Positions 31,629 through 42,500 of a stretch of 64,000 nt of DNA are shown in pieces. The notes beneath the pieces are model-generated. The model was not told where the DNA came from, ran no database searches, and saw only the letters and a program-made list of their open reading frames with translations. How positions within the stretch are numbered: the first letter of the stretch is position 1; every line of letters starts with the position of its first letter. Both the position numbers and the translations under genes were made by a program. The stretch is from contig CAVVOP010000019.1 of NCBI GenBank assembly GCA_963749915.1, positions 1-64,000 of the forward strand, written 5' to 3'. Origin of the DNA: an uncultured cyanobacterium. Lineage in GTDB: Bacteria; Cyanobacteriota; Cyanobacteriia; Cyanobacteriales; Cyanobacteriaceae.

Positions 31629-34600
31629 CTATCTAGCTGTTTTTAATGCCTTTTTCTTGATAAATACTTTTTCCATACCACTCTTAATTACTATATATAA
31701 AATGGGGACAACAAATAAACTTAAACAAGTCGCAATTAACATTCCTCCAAAAACTGCTGTCCCCAATGATTGACGGCTTCCAGCTCCCGCACCTGTGGCA
31801 ATGACAAGAGGAACAATTCCCACTAAAGTTGAAATTGCCGTCATTAAAATGGGCCTTAATCTCTGTTTTGATGCCTCAATTACAGCCTTAACAATGGGCA
31901 AACCTTTATCTCTTAATTGGTTAGCAAATTCGACAATTAAAATAGAGTTTTTACTAGCTAATCCGATCAACATAACTAACCCCATTTGACAATAAACATC
32001 ATTAGGAAATCCCCTAGATATTTGTGCTAATAACGCCCCTAAAATCGCTAAAGGCACGGCTAACATAATGATTAAAGGATCAACATAATTTTCATATTGA
32101 GCGGCTAATACTAGGAATACAAATAATAATCCTAAGCCAAAAATGACGATCGCCAAATTCCCTGCACTAATTTCCTCTAATGAAATACCCGTCCATTCAT
32201 AGCCAAATCCTGGGGGAAAAACTTGTTGTGCTAAATTCTCTACCGTTGTAATCGCTTCTCCTGAACTGAATCCGGGGGCGGTTGAGCCGTTGATTTCAAT
32301 GGCACGGAATAGGTTATAGTGTTGTATTTTTTGTGCACCTGTAACAGAAGTAACGGTGACTAAATTTGATAAAGGTATCATCTCATTATTGCTTGACCGC
32401 ACATATAATTTACTAATATCTTCAGGGTTTGAGCGAAATTGCTGATCAGCTTGTAAATAAACTCGATAGGTACGTTGTTGCATAGAAAAATCATTGACAT
32501 ATTCACCCCCCAAGGCGGTTTGTAAAGTGCTGAAAATATCATCCAAATTCACCCCCAAAAGTTTTGTCCTTTCTCGGTTAACTTCAATGGATAATTGAGG
32601 ACTATTAGCGGCAAATTGAGTGAAAACCCGTTGTAACCCCTCAGTTTGATTAGCCACCCCCAAAAATTGTCCCATGGTTGCCACCATGGACTCTAAATCG
32701 ACATTGATACGTCGATCTTGTAATTGGAAGGTAAAACCCCCAAAAGTTCCTAATCCCTGAATGGCAGGGGGATTAATGGGGATAATTCTTGCTTCAGGAA
32801 TCATGGCAAATTTACCAAATAACTTTCCTGTAATAGCTTGTACCGTTTGATCTGGATTACTTCGTTCCCGCCAAGGTTTAAGAGGGGTAAAAATAACCCC
32901 CTGATTAGGAGTACTACCTCCAAAACTAAAGCCTCCAATGGCAAAAGTACCCAATACTTCGGGCATTTGCAGAATTTCTGTTTCTACTTTCTTCATCACC
33001 TCGCTAGTATATTGCAGAGATACCCCTTCTGGTGCTTGAATGATCGTAATAAAGTATCCTTGATCTTCTTCAGGTAAAAAAGCGGTGGGAGTTTTGACAT
33101 ATAACCACCCTGTAAAAGCGATCAAAACGATAAAGATACCAATTACAAACAGTTTAAAGTGAGTTAATAACCCTAAAGACTGATCATATTTTTGAGTTAC
33201 CCAATCAAGAAAACGATTAAAATTATTAAAAATTGTTGCTAACCATGCAGGAGGCCGTTGTCCTTTGCGTAAGAGGAAGCCACACAAAGAGGGAGTTAGG
33301 GTAAGGGCTAAAAAAGTCGAAATTAGGATCGAAAAGGCAATAGTTAAAGCAAATTGACGATATAATGCTCCTGTCGTACCTGGAAAGAAAGCAACGGGAA
33401 TAAATACCGCCATCAACACCAAAGAAGTGGCAATAACAGCCCCAAATAACTGTTTCATGGATTCACTAGAAGCCTCATGCGCCTCCATGTTTTTATCTTC
33501 AATGTAGCGGTGAATTTGTTCTACTACCACGATGGCATCATCCACCACTAAGCCAGTAGCAAGGGTTAAACCGAATAAGGTTAAGGTATTGATGGAAAAA
33601 CCAAAGGCTTTGACAAAGGCAAAAGTACCGATCAAAGATAAGGGAATGGTTAAAGAGGGGATTAAAGTCGTACGCCAATCTTGAAGAAAAACGAGGATAA
33701 TTAACACCACCAAAGTAATAGAAATTAAAAGAGTTATTACTACCTCTTTCATAGATTCTTCAATAAATGCTGTGGTATCAAAGGCCAATTTTGCCTCAAT
33801 GCCTGTGGGAAATTCTTGAGATAACGTTGCCATTTCTGCCTTAATCTTTTTGGCTACCTGTAAAGCATTAGAACCGGGTAACTGATAGATACCAATGCCT
33901 ACCGCATCTAACCCTCGGAAACGTAAGAAGGCTCCGTAATCCTGTGAACCAAGTTCCACCCTACCGACATCTTTAAAGCGAACTATACCACTATTTTCAT
34001 CGCTTTTGAGGATGATATTTTCAAATTGTTCGGGATAGATAAGTTGACTAACAGCTTTTAAATCCAATTGGTACTCTTGTCCTTGGGGTGCGGGTTCGGC
34101 CCCTATTTTCCCCACCCCTACTTGAATATTTTGTTCCGATAACGCCCTAGTCACATCGGTAGTGGTTAATCCTCGACTTGCCAAACGATTAGGATCAAGC
34201 CATAAGCGCATAGCATAACGTCTTTCACCAAAGATCCTAACATTCCCTACCCCTTCAATTCTTTTTATGGCATCAATGATGTAGCGATCGGCAAAATTAC
34301 TCAGGAAGGTATTATCATACTCTTTATTTTCGCTAAATAAACCAAACCCCATTAAAATATTATTAGATTGCTTACTTACTGTAATCCCTGTTCTTTGGAC
34401 TGCATCAGGTAACTGGGATTCCACGGTGGAAACTTGATTTTGCACGTCTACGGCGGCTAAATCTTTATTACGATTTGCTTCAAAAGTAGCTATAATACTA
34501 CTGGTGCCATCATTACTGCTAGTAGAGGAGATATATTTTAAGCCTTCTACTCCGTTAATTTGCCTTTCCAGGATATTGGTGACAGTATTTTCTACCACTT

Positions 34601-34766
34601 CAGCGTCTGCACCTTCATAACGAGCGGTGATTTGAATTTGAGTTGGGCTAATATCAGGAAAGCGATCAACTGGTAAAGTAACAATACTAATGATACCGAC
34701 CAAGAGGATAATCAGGGCACAAACAGTAGAGAAAACAGGACGTTTAATAAAGAAATCTACAAACAT
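31629..34766 (-). CDS. RND efflux permease (AcrB/HAE1 family)
   Basis: FIKRPVFS, GLVVDDAIVVVE, RLRPILMT; 1045 aa. Confidence 0.95.
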   Translation of the reverse strand: MFVDFFIKRPVFSTVCALIILLVGIISIVTLPVDRFPDISPTQIQITARYEGADAEVVENTVTNILERQINGVEGLKYISSTSSNDGTSSIIATFEANRNKDLAAVDVQNQVSTVESQLPDAVQRTGITVSKQSNNILMGFGLFSENKEYDNTFLSNFADRYIIDAIKRIEGVGNVRIFGERRYAMRLWLDPNRLASRGLTTTDVTRALSEQNIQVGVGKIGAEPAPQGQEYQLDLKAVSQLIYPEQFENIILKSDENSGIVRFKDVGRVELGSQDYGAFLRFRGLDAVGIGIYQLPGSNALQVAKKIKAEMATLSQEFPTGIEAKLAFDTTAFIEESMKEVVITLLISITLVVLIILVFLQDWRTTLIPSLTIPLSLIGTFAFVKAFGFSINTLTLFGLTLATGLVVDDAIVVVEQIHRYIEDKNMEAHEASSESMKQLFGAVIATSLVLMAVFIPVAFFPGTTGALYRQFALTIAFSILISTFLALTLTPSLCGFLLRKGQRPPAWLATIFNNFNRFLDWVTQKYDQSLGLLTHFKLFVIGIFIVLIAFTGWLYVKTPTAFLPEEDQGYFITIIQAPEGVSLQYTSEVMKKVETEILQMPEVLGTFAIGGFSFGGSTPNQGVIFTPLKPWRERSNPDQTVQAITGKLFGKFAMIPEARIIPINPPAIQGLGTFGGFTFQLQDRRINVDLESMVATMGQFLGVANQTEGLQRVFTQFAANSPQLSIEVNRERTKLLGVNLDDIFSTLQTALGGEYVNDFSMQQRTYRVYLQADQQFRSNPEDISKLYVRSSNNEMIPLSNLVTVTSVTGAQKIQHYNLFRAIEINGSTAPGFSSGEAITTVENLAQQVFPPGFGYEWTGISLEEISAGNLAIVIFGLGLLFVFLVLAAQYENYVDPLIIMLAVPLAILGALLAQISRGFPNDVYCQMGLVMLIGLASKNSILIVEFANQLRDKGLPIVKAVIEASKQRLRPILMTAISTLVGIVPLVIATGAGAGSRQSLGTAVFGGMLIATCLSLFVVPILYIVIKSGMEKVFIKKKALKTAR

Positions 34767-34912
34767 GATATTTAGGAAATGTGTTTCTCAGGGGCTTATT
34801 ACTTATTACTTATTACTTCGTCCTAACGACAACGTTTTCGGCACGCTTGCGAGCAGTATTGAGAGTTGTTCCCTCTAACATTAGTGTTAGGGAAGAATTG
34901 ATATCATGTTTA

Positions 34913-36469
34913 TTAATTAGATGGAAGTGGCATAATGGGGGTTTCATCCCTTAAATTCATTACCCCTGCGGTTACGATGCGATCGCCCACATTTAGACCA
35001 TTCAGAACTTGATAGTCATTACCTTGCAGACCACCCAGGGTTACTAATTTTTGTTTAGCTATAAATTGCGGTTTATCAGGGGTAGAATTTTCCATTGCTT
35101 CAGCAACAAAAATAAAGGTTTTATCTCCCAAACGAGACACCGCCGTAGCCGGCACGAGGATACCTTGACGCTCATCCCAGATAACCTTTGCTGGTACTGA
35201 ACCTTGATTAAGTAGCTTTCCTGCACTGTTTTCAAGGGTTGCTTTGGCTAAAACTAATTGAGTATTTGCTGTCACATTAGGAGATATAAAACTAATTTTG
35301 CCAGATGTTACAGTTTTCCCTTGACTATCTGAAATGACTACAGGTAAACCCAAACGTAATTTTCCGGCCTGTTCTAAAGGAATGGACAAATTAACCTCTA
35401 AAATATTATTTTCCGTGAGGGTGGTTAACTCGTTTTCAGAGTCTGGTCCGGAGTCCAGGTAATCTCCTAATTTAACGGGTATATCCCCAATAATTCCCGT
35501 GAAAGGAGCGATAATTTTCGTTTTTTTCATTCTGACGTCGATGGAGTTTATTCTTGCCTTTGCCTGGGATACATCTGCTTGAGCCTGGGCAATTTCTTCA
35601 ATTCTTGGCCCATTTTCTAGGCGTTTCAAGTTTGCTTTTGCTCGTTCCACTTCTGCTTGTAGTTCATCAAGACCTGATTTTCTTCCTTTCCTTAAACCAG
35701 ATAAACGACGTTGTGCTTCCTTTAAAGATGACATGGCTTGAAGTTGAGTTTTCAGCCTTTCGTCAAGTTGATCTTTAGAAATAGCCCCTTCCTCTTGTAA
35801 GTTACTATACCTTTTCAATCTTTCATCCGCTAGGTCTAACTCCGCTTGGGCTGACTCTACTTGGGCTTGAGCTTGAGCAATTTCTTCTGGGAGTGCACCT
35901 TCTTTCGCATTATTTAACCTTGCGATCGCCTGATTTAATTCAGCTCGAGCTTGATCGATATCTTCAATACGACTTCCTGTTTTTAATTGTGCTAATCGGG
36001 CTTGAGCATTTTCTAATTGAGCCTGAGCTTGATTTAATTCTGCTTGTAATTCATCACTTTCAACCGTTAAAATTACTTGTCCTGCTTGAACCGTTGCGCC
36101 CTCTTCCACTAAAATCTGGTTAATCCTTCCATCCGCTTCCGACTTAATTTTAACAGCCTTAGGAGCCTCTAAAGTGCCTACTACAGTGGTGCTATTTTCT
36201 AATGATTTACTGGTTAAAGTTTCCAACTTCACAGGTATAGCCTGAGGTTGTCCACCCATTGCGGCAGCAGGGGCCTTATTTTCTTTATTATTACTAGCTA
36301 ACCATAATTTTCCCCCTCCGCTAGCTATTAAAGCTATAAAAATAACATTTACAATTATCCACCAACGAGAAAAAGATTTTTTCTTGCTTACTTGTTTAGA
36401 GGACAAAATCTGTAGTTCTTCTTCAATATTTGATTCTTCACAAGGGGGAGGAGAGTTAGGATTGACCAT
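34913..36469 (-). CDS. RND periplasmic adaptor (membrane fusion protein)
   Basis: N-terminal TM segment, long helical hairpin, IIAPFTGII; upstream of the permease. Confidence 0.93.
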   Translation of the reverse strand: MVNPNSPPPCEESNIEEELQILSSKQVSKKKSFSRWWIIVNVIFIALIASGGGKLWLASNNKENKAPAAAMGGQPQAIPVKLETLTSKSLENSTTVVGTLEAPKAVKIKSEADGRINQILVEEGATVQAGQVILTVESDELQAELNQAQAQLENAQARLAQLKTGSRIEDIDQARAELNQAIARLNNAKEGALPEEIAQAQAQVESAQAELDLADERLKRYSNLQEEGAISKDQLDERLKTQLQAMSSLKEAQRRLSGLRKGRKSGLDELQAEVERAKANLKRLENGPRIEEIAQAQADVSQAKARINSIDVRMKKTKIIAPFTGIIGDIPVKLGDYLDSGPDSENELTTLTENNILEVNLSIPLEQAGKLRLGLPVVISDSQGKTVTSGKISFISPNVTANTQLVLAKATLENSAGKLLNQGSVPAKVIWDERQGILVPATAVSRLGDKTFIFVAEAMENSTPDKPQFIAKQKLVTLGGLQGNDYQVLNGLNVGDRIVTAGVMNLRDETPIMPLPSN

Positions 36470-36541
36470 ATTAGTTACAGAAAGATTAAGTTTTATGTCA
36501 AAGTTTGAATCATAGACTAGCATTTTATCATATCATTATAA

Positions 36542-36558
36542 TATATCAAATTGATATA
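36542..36558. promoter_or_regulatory. Probable PadR operator
   Basis: Perfect 8-1-8 palindrome TATATCAA-A-TTGATATA between the divergent padR and MFP genes. Confidence 0.65.
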
Positions 36559-36574
36559 AAATTTGAAAAGTCTC

Positions 36575-37126
36575 ATGTTAGAGTTAGCGACGTTAGGATT
36601 ATTACAAAAAGAATCACTGCATGGCTACCGCCTTAAACAACAAATGGAGTTATTTATGAGCGGGTGTATCAGCGTCAATTACGGTGCTATTTATCCCTTA
36701 CTGAAACGGTTGGAAGAAAGAGGATTGATTCAGGTATTTACCGAACAGGAGGACAATAATAATCCTCGTAAGATGTATCGTATAACTCCCGAAGGAAGGG
36801 AAAAATGGCGAGAGAAAATGTTAGAACATCCCCAAGAAAGTTGGATTAATTCTCGTTCTCGTTTTATGATTAAGTATTTCTTTTTTAGTTATTTAGAACC
36901 CCAAGAAAGATTGAAATTATTAGAACATCGTTTCATGACCTGTAAGTTGTATTTAGAAAAAAAAGAATTAGATTTTGATTTTGTTTATCATGATCCCTAT
37001 CAGTTAGAGGCTTGGAACAGATGTAAATGGGCGATCATTAATGAAATTGATTGGTTAGAGATTCAAATCGCAAATGTAACGAAAACATTGTTCTTGGGCA
37101 AAACCTTCTCAGAATCAACATTTTAG
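36575..37126 (+). CDS. PadR-family transcriptional regulator
   Basis: HGYRLK, GAIYPLLKRLEERG, RKMYRITPEG. Confidence 0.92.
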   Translation: MLELATLGLLQKESLHGYRLKQQMELFMSGCISVNYGAIYPLLKRLEERGLIQVFTEQEDNNNPRKMYRITPEGREKWREKMLEHPQESWINSRSRFMIKYFFFSYLEPQERLKLLEHRFMTCKLYLEKKELDFDFVYHDPYQLEAWNRCKWAIINEIDWLEIQIANVTKTLFLGKTFSESTF

Positions 37127-37321
37127 AATTTAACCTGATACCTAACACCTAATACCTTTTTCAGCTAATAATTTATCACACTCAGTCTAGAAGAGCCAAA
37201 AATTTTTTGGATTCTTTGTGACTGAATTTTGTATTTTAAGTGGTTTTAAACTATAATTATCAAGTATTTAGACAAAATCGAGAAGATTTATTGTCTTTTA
37301 TCAATATAACCACTTAACACT

Positions 37322-38098
37322 ATGACTGGAAAAGTAATAGATAGTGGTGCTAACAGTATCCTTTTAGTGTTACTACCCCTAGCATTAATAACAATGGTAG
37401 TATTTGTATTTTGGCCTTTTATTGTGGGAATTTTCTTCTTCGCATTAGGCTATAAAATATGGCAAAGATACCGTTTGAAACAACTATCTGAACAAATCGA
37501 TCCTTTTTTTAATCAGTTAATCCAAGCACATCAGGGTTGCTTAACAGTACTAGACCTTACCACCAAAACCAACCTTGGTGCGAAGACTGCCCGTTGGTAT
37601 TTAGAACAAAAAACCCTAGAATACGGTGCCGTAAAACGATTATATGAAGATAAAGGGATTGTTTATTATTTCTTGACTGCTAATGCATTAGGTAGTATTT
37701 TTGATGATAGTGAGCCAGATGATGATACTGACTTAGCACCTGAAACTGATTTAAACGCTTCATTTTCTAAGCCGACAACAGTTGTTGAATCTCCATCCCC
37801 AGAAGTTCAATCTGTAACTGATACCCTAGTAATTCCTCCTCAACCAGGACAATCTGTTTCTTCCGACTCTCTCCCCCCTCCCAAAAGAGAAGAACCTGAA
37901 GACTCCCCCCCTACAGTACAAACTTTTGAGAATGCTGTAACTCAGAGTGAATTAGCTAAACGTTTGGATGTTACTTCTCAGACGGTGGGAAGACGAAAAT
38001 TAGAAGCCGATTTTTCCTTGTGGAGTCAAAGTAAAGATCCCGAAGGAGTATCATGGAAATATATTGAGGAGATTAAATTATTTATCCCTGATTCTTAA
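37322..38098 (+). CDS. Hypothetical membrane protein with a C-terminal HTH-like segment
   Basis: N-terminal TM pair, Pro/Ser/acidic linker, TQSELAKRLDVTSQTVGRRK. Confidence 0.7.
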   Translation: MTGKVIDSGANSILLVLLPLALITMVVFVFWPFIVGIFFFALGYKIWQRYRLKQLSEQIDPFFNQLIQAHQGCLTVLDLTTKTNLGAKTARWYLEQKTLEYGAVKRLYEDKGIVYYFLTANALGSIFDDSEPDDDTDLAPETDLNASFSKPTTVVESPSPEVQSVTDTLVIPPQPGQSVSSDSLPPPKREEPEDSPPTVQTFENAVTQSELAKRLDVTSQTVGRRKLEADFSLWSQSKDPEGVSWKYIEEIKLFIPDS

Positions 38099-38157
38099 AA
38101 ACCTCCCTCAATACCTATTTTTTCAAGTTTAGCTTAAACTACGATGGTAGAAATACA

Positions 38158-38186
38158 ACAGTCCTCTTAAAGGGGGACTTTTTTTT
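38158..38186 (+). terminator. Rho-independent terminator
   Basis: AGTCCTCT-TAA-AGGGGGACT followed by a T run. Confidence 0.6.
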
Positions 38187-38298
38187 CTAGAGAAGCGGTC
38201 CCGTCCCAATACTGCTCGGAAGCATGCCGAAAAGGAAGGTTAGTGTGAGGGAAATTCAAAAACAAGCTTTACAAGGATTAGCAGTAGCGGAATTGGGA

Positions 38299-38472
38299 TT
38301 AAATCAAATCTACCTGATAAATAATTACTGCTAAAAGTGCTGAAAAAAGTGTAATTCCTGTCGCAACTAAGGGATTTTGCCCTTGACTTACTGCAAAAGA
38401 GGTAATAATTCCGGCACCGATAGCGGCGGTTAAACCGGCACTAACTAAATCTTTTTCTTGGTTGTTATTCAT
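38299..38472 (-). CDS. Small two-TM hypothetical protein
   Basis: Two hydrophobic helices around SQGQNP. Confidence 0.6.
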   Translation of the reverse strand: MNNNQEKDLVSAGLTAAIGAGIITSFAVSQGQNPLVATGITLFSALLAVIIYQVDLI

Positions 38473-38616
38473 TATTTTGACAATGGCCACAATTTTTTTT
38501 CAATTAAAATTAAAGGTAACATTTTCTTTTAATGTGAATAACTTTTTTTAAAAAAGATTAATATTTTGCTATATTTCTTAACAGTGAAAAGCTCATGACT
38601 ATTTACTAATTGTTCT

Positions 38617-39507
38617 ATGTTATTACCATTACCATTACAAAAAGGGGATTCTTTATTGGCGATCGCTCCCAGTGGGACAGTTAGAGACAAAGAAAGAGAA
38701 AAATTGGGGCAAGGAGTAGAAATTTGGCGAAAAAATGGTTATAAAGTGATTTTAGAGCAAAAATATGCAGATCAAGACGGTTATTTAGCGGGAAAAGACG
38801 AAATTCGCCGTCAAGCCTTAAAAGAAGCATGGACAAATCCAGAATATAAAGGGATTATTTGTGTTAGAGGGGGATATGGTAGTGCCAGATTATTGGAAAA
38901 TTGGCAATGGGATGCAATTTCTCAGCCGAAATGGCTAATCGGTTTTTCTGATGTGACTAGCCTTCTATGGAGTTTGTATAATCAAGGGATTATAAGTGTT
39001 CATGGTGCGGTTTTAACTACTATAGCCCAAGAGCCAAACTGGTCATTAAAACGCTTATTTGACTATATTGAGGGAAAATCGTTACTCTCCCTACAAGGGC
39101 AAGGTTGGGGCGGTGGTAAAGCTCGGGGAATACTTTTACCTGCTAATTTAACGGTGGCAACTCATCTTTTAGGAACAAGTATCTGTCCTAATTTTGATAA
39201 TGTGATTTTAGCTTTGGAAGATGTCCAAGAAGCACCCTACCGTCTTGATAGGATGTTGACTCAGTGGCGTTTAATGGGCATTTTTCAACAAGTGAAGGGT
39301 ATTATTTTAGGTCGGTTTAGCGGTTGTAATCCTGCCGATGGTATTCCCAGTTGGAATGCTTATGAAGTACTTTGCGATCGCCTAGGTAACCTTAACATCC
39401 CAATTATAAGTGATTTACCCTTTGGCCATGACGGCGTTAATGCTTGTTTACCAGTCGGTGCGTGGGTAGAAATTGACGGCGATGAAGGGGTGATAAAATT
39501 TTGGTGA
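38617..39507 (+). CDS. LD-carboxypeptidase (peptidase S66)
   Basis: RGGYG, GFSDVT, EDVQE, PFGH. Confidence 0.93.
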   Translation: MLLPLPLQKGDSLLAIAPSGTVRDKEREKLGQGVEIWRKNGYKVILEQKYADQDGYLAGKDEIRRQALKEAWTNPEYKGIICVRGGYGSARLLENWQWDAISQPKWLIGFSDVTSLLWSLYNQGIISVHGAVLTTIAQEPNWSLKRLFDYIEGKSLLSLQGQGWGGGKARGILLPANLTVATHLLGTSICPNFDNVILALEDVQEAPYRLDRMLTQWRLMGIFQQVKGIILGRFSGCNPADGIPSWNAYEVLCDRLGNLNIPIISDLPFGHDGVNACLPVGAWVEIDGDEGVIKFW

Positions 39508-39569
39508 TTGAGAGTAAGCACATTCCAAAACCGACTTCTAAATCTTTAACTTTATCCACTTTATACAAT

Positions 39570-42500
39570 ATGGTCAAAAAACAAGAAAAATGGCAATTTT
39601 GGGTTGATAGAGGCGGCACTTTTACCGATATTGTCGCTTTAAATCCCGATAAACAAATTATCACCCATAAACTATTATCGGAAAATCCTGAACACTATCA
39701 ATCTGCACCCATTGAAGGTATTAGAAGAATTATGGGTGTCGCAGAAGGGAAACCGCTTCCCACTGAGGATATCAAAGTAATAAAAATAGGGACGACTGTC
39801 GCTACAAATGCCCTCTTGGAAAGAAAAGGAGAAGAGGTTGTTTTAGTAATTAATAAAGGTTTTCGGGATGCCTTACGCATCGGTTATCAAAATCGCCCAG
39901 ATATTTTCGCCCGTCATATCATCTTACCAGAAATGTTATATCGGGAAGTTGTGGAAGTTTCAGGACGTTTTTCGGCAACAGGGGAGGAATTACAACCTGT
40001 TAACCCCCAAAAGCTTGAGAAAGATTTACAAAAAATATTTGCTCGAGGTATCCGTAGTTGTGCTATTGTCTTATTACATGGTTATCGTTACCATGATCAT
40101 GAGTTGCAAATTCAAGCCATCGCCGCCAAAATCGGTTTTACTCAGATTTCCGTGTCTCATCAAGTCAGCAACCTCATTAAGCTAGTGAGTCGAGGAGATA
40201 CCACCGTCGTTGATGCTTATCTATCTCCTGTTTTAAAGGCTTATCTTTCTGAGGTGGAAGACAATTTGCAGACCACCCCAAATCAACCTTTACCGCAATT
40301 AATGTTCATGCAGTCTAATGGCGGGTTGGTGGATGGTAAATACTTTCAAGGCAAGGATAGTATATTATCAGGTCCGGCGGGGGGAATTGTTGGTGCCGTC
40401 AAAACTTGTCAGAAGGCTGGATTTCAGAAAATAATCACCTTTGATATGGGGGGTACTTCCACCGATGTCGCTCACTATGCAGGAGAATTTGAACGAAATT
40501 TTGAGACAGAAATAGCAGGAGTAAGATTAAGAAGTCCCATGATGGCTATTCACACCGTAGCGGCAGGAGGAGGTTCAATTTGCCACTTTGACGGTAATCG
40601 TTACCGAGTTGGTCCTGAATCGGCTGGTGCTAATCCGGGTCCTGCGTGTTATGGCAAAGGAGGAGATCTAACCATCACCGATAGTAATGTGTTGTTAGGT
40701 AAAATTCAGCCTGATTTTTTTCCCCAAGTATTTGGTAAAAATGCCGATCAACCTTTAGATTTAAATATAGTAAAAGATAAATTTACTCAGCTTCAGCAAC
40801 AGTTAAAAACAGAGATCAAAATAGAAGAAATTGCTCAAGGATTTTTAACTATCGCCGTAGAAAAAATGACTAATGCTATCAAAAAAATCTCCTTACAAAA
40901 AGGCTATAATGTCAGTGAGTATATCTTGTGTTGTTTTGGTGCGGCGGGAGGACAACATGCTTGTTTAATTGCCGAAAAATTAGGGATGGAAACTATTGTT
41001 ATTCATCCCCTAGCTGGAGTTTTATCGGCTTATGGAATCGGTTTAGCTGAGATGAGAGTTATTAAAGAAAAAACCCTTAATTTACTTTTATCAGAAGGCT
41101 CAATGGACATTGTTAAAATAGAATATTCTTATTTAGAAAATCGAGCAAAACAAGAATTAAGGCAACAAATAAAAATAGATAATAGCATTATCGAAATTAA
41201 ACCTAAAATATACTTAAAATATCAAGGCACAGACTCAAGTTTAGAGATAAATTTTAGTAACTATCAAGAGATGATAGGAGAATTTAACTGCCGTCATCAA
41301 CAACAATATGGCTTTATACTTCCCGAAAAAGCCCTAATCATCGAGCAAATTTCCTTAGAATTAATCTCTCCTACTTATCAAGAAAAAGAACCCTCTATTA
41401 CAAATAAAATTGAGGAAGGTTCACCCCCTGTTACCACTGTTAAAATGTACACTAAAAATAGATGGTATGATACCCCTGTTTATCAACGAGACAAAATAGC
41501 TACCCATCAAAAAATTACCGCCCCTGCTTTAATAATGGAATCTACAGGCACAAATGTAATTGAGATCGGTTGGCAAGGGGAAATTACTGAAAGGGGAGAT
41601 TTAATCATAACTAAAATTAATAACCAATCTCCTCAACTAATAGCAGGATATAATCAAAATCAAAATCAACCCCATCCAATTCTACTGGAAATTTTTAACA
41701 ATCTTTTCCGTTTCATTGCGGAGGAAATGGGCATCTCCTTACAAAATACTAGCTATTCTGTCAACATTAAAGAGAGGCTCGATTTTTCCTGTGCAATTTT
41801 CGATCATAACGGTGAATTGGTCGCCAATGCCCCTCATATCCCTGTTCATTTAGGCTCAATGAGTGAAAGTATAAAAGCTTTAATTAATGACGGTAAAATT
41901 AACCTACAAAAAGGGGATGTTTACTTAACTAATAATCCCTATAATGGCGGTACTCATTTACCAGATATTACGGCTATTACTCCCATTTTTACTAACTCCA
42001 ATAATCAACCGGATTTTTATGTGGCTTCTCGTGGTCATCATGCTGATATTGGCGGACTCACTCCGGGTTCAATGCCTCCCAATAGTAAAAATATTGGGGA
42101 AGAGGGTATTTTAATCGATAATTTTTGTGTCGTTAAAGAAGGTAAATTACAGGAAAATCAACTCCATAACTTACTGAATAATTCTCCTTACCCCGTGAGG
42201 AATTATGAGCAAAATTTAGGAGATTTAAAAGCCCAAGTTGCCGCCAATAAAAAAGGAGTCCAAGAATTAATCAACTTGGTGAACACTTATAACTTAACCA
42301 CTGTCAAAAATTATATGCAGTTTGTCCAAGAAAATGCGGAAAGTTGTGTAAAAAAAGCCATTCAATCTTTACAAAATGGTGAATTTATTACTGAACTAGA
42401 TAATGGTGCAAGAATTCAAGTAAAAATTACCATTAATCAGGACAATTCCACTGCCTTGATCGATTTTACAGGTACATCTCCCCAACTAGATAACAATTTT

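Noticed and set aside
38195..38295. Possible structured ncRNA such as SRP RNA
   Set aside because: The SRP core motif is absent and the sequence is explained by a repeat end shared with 34836-34861.
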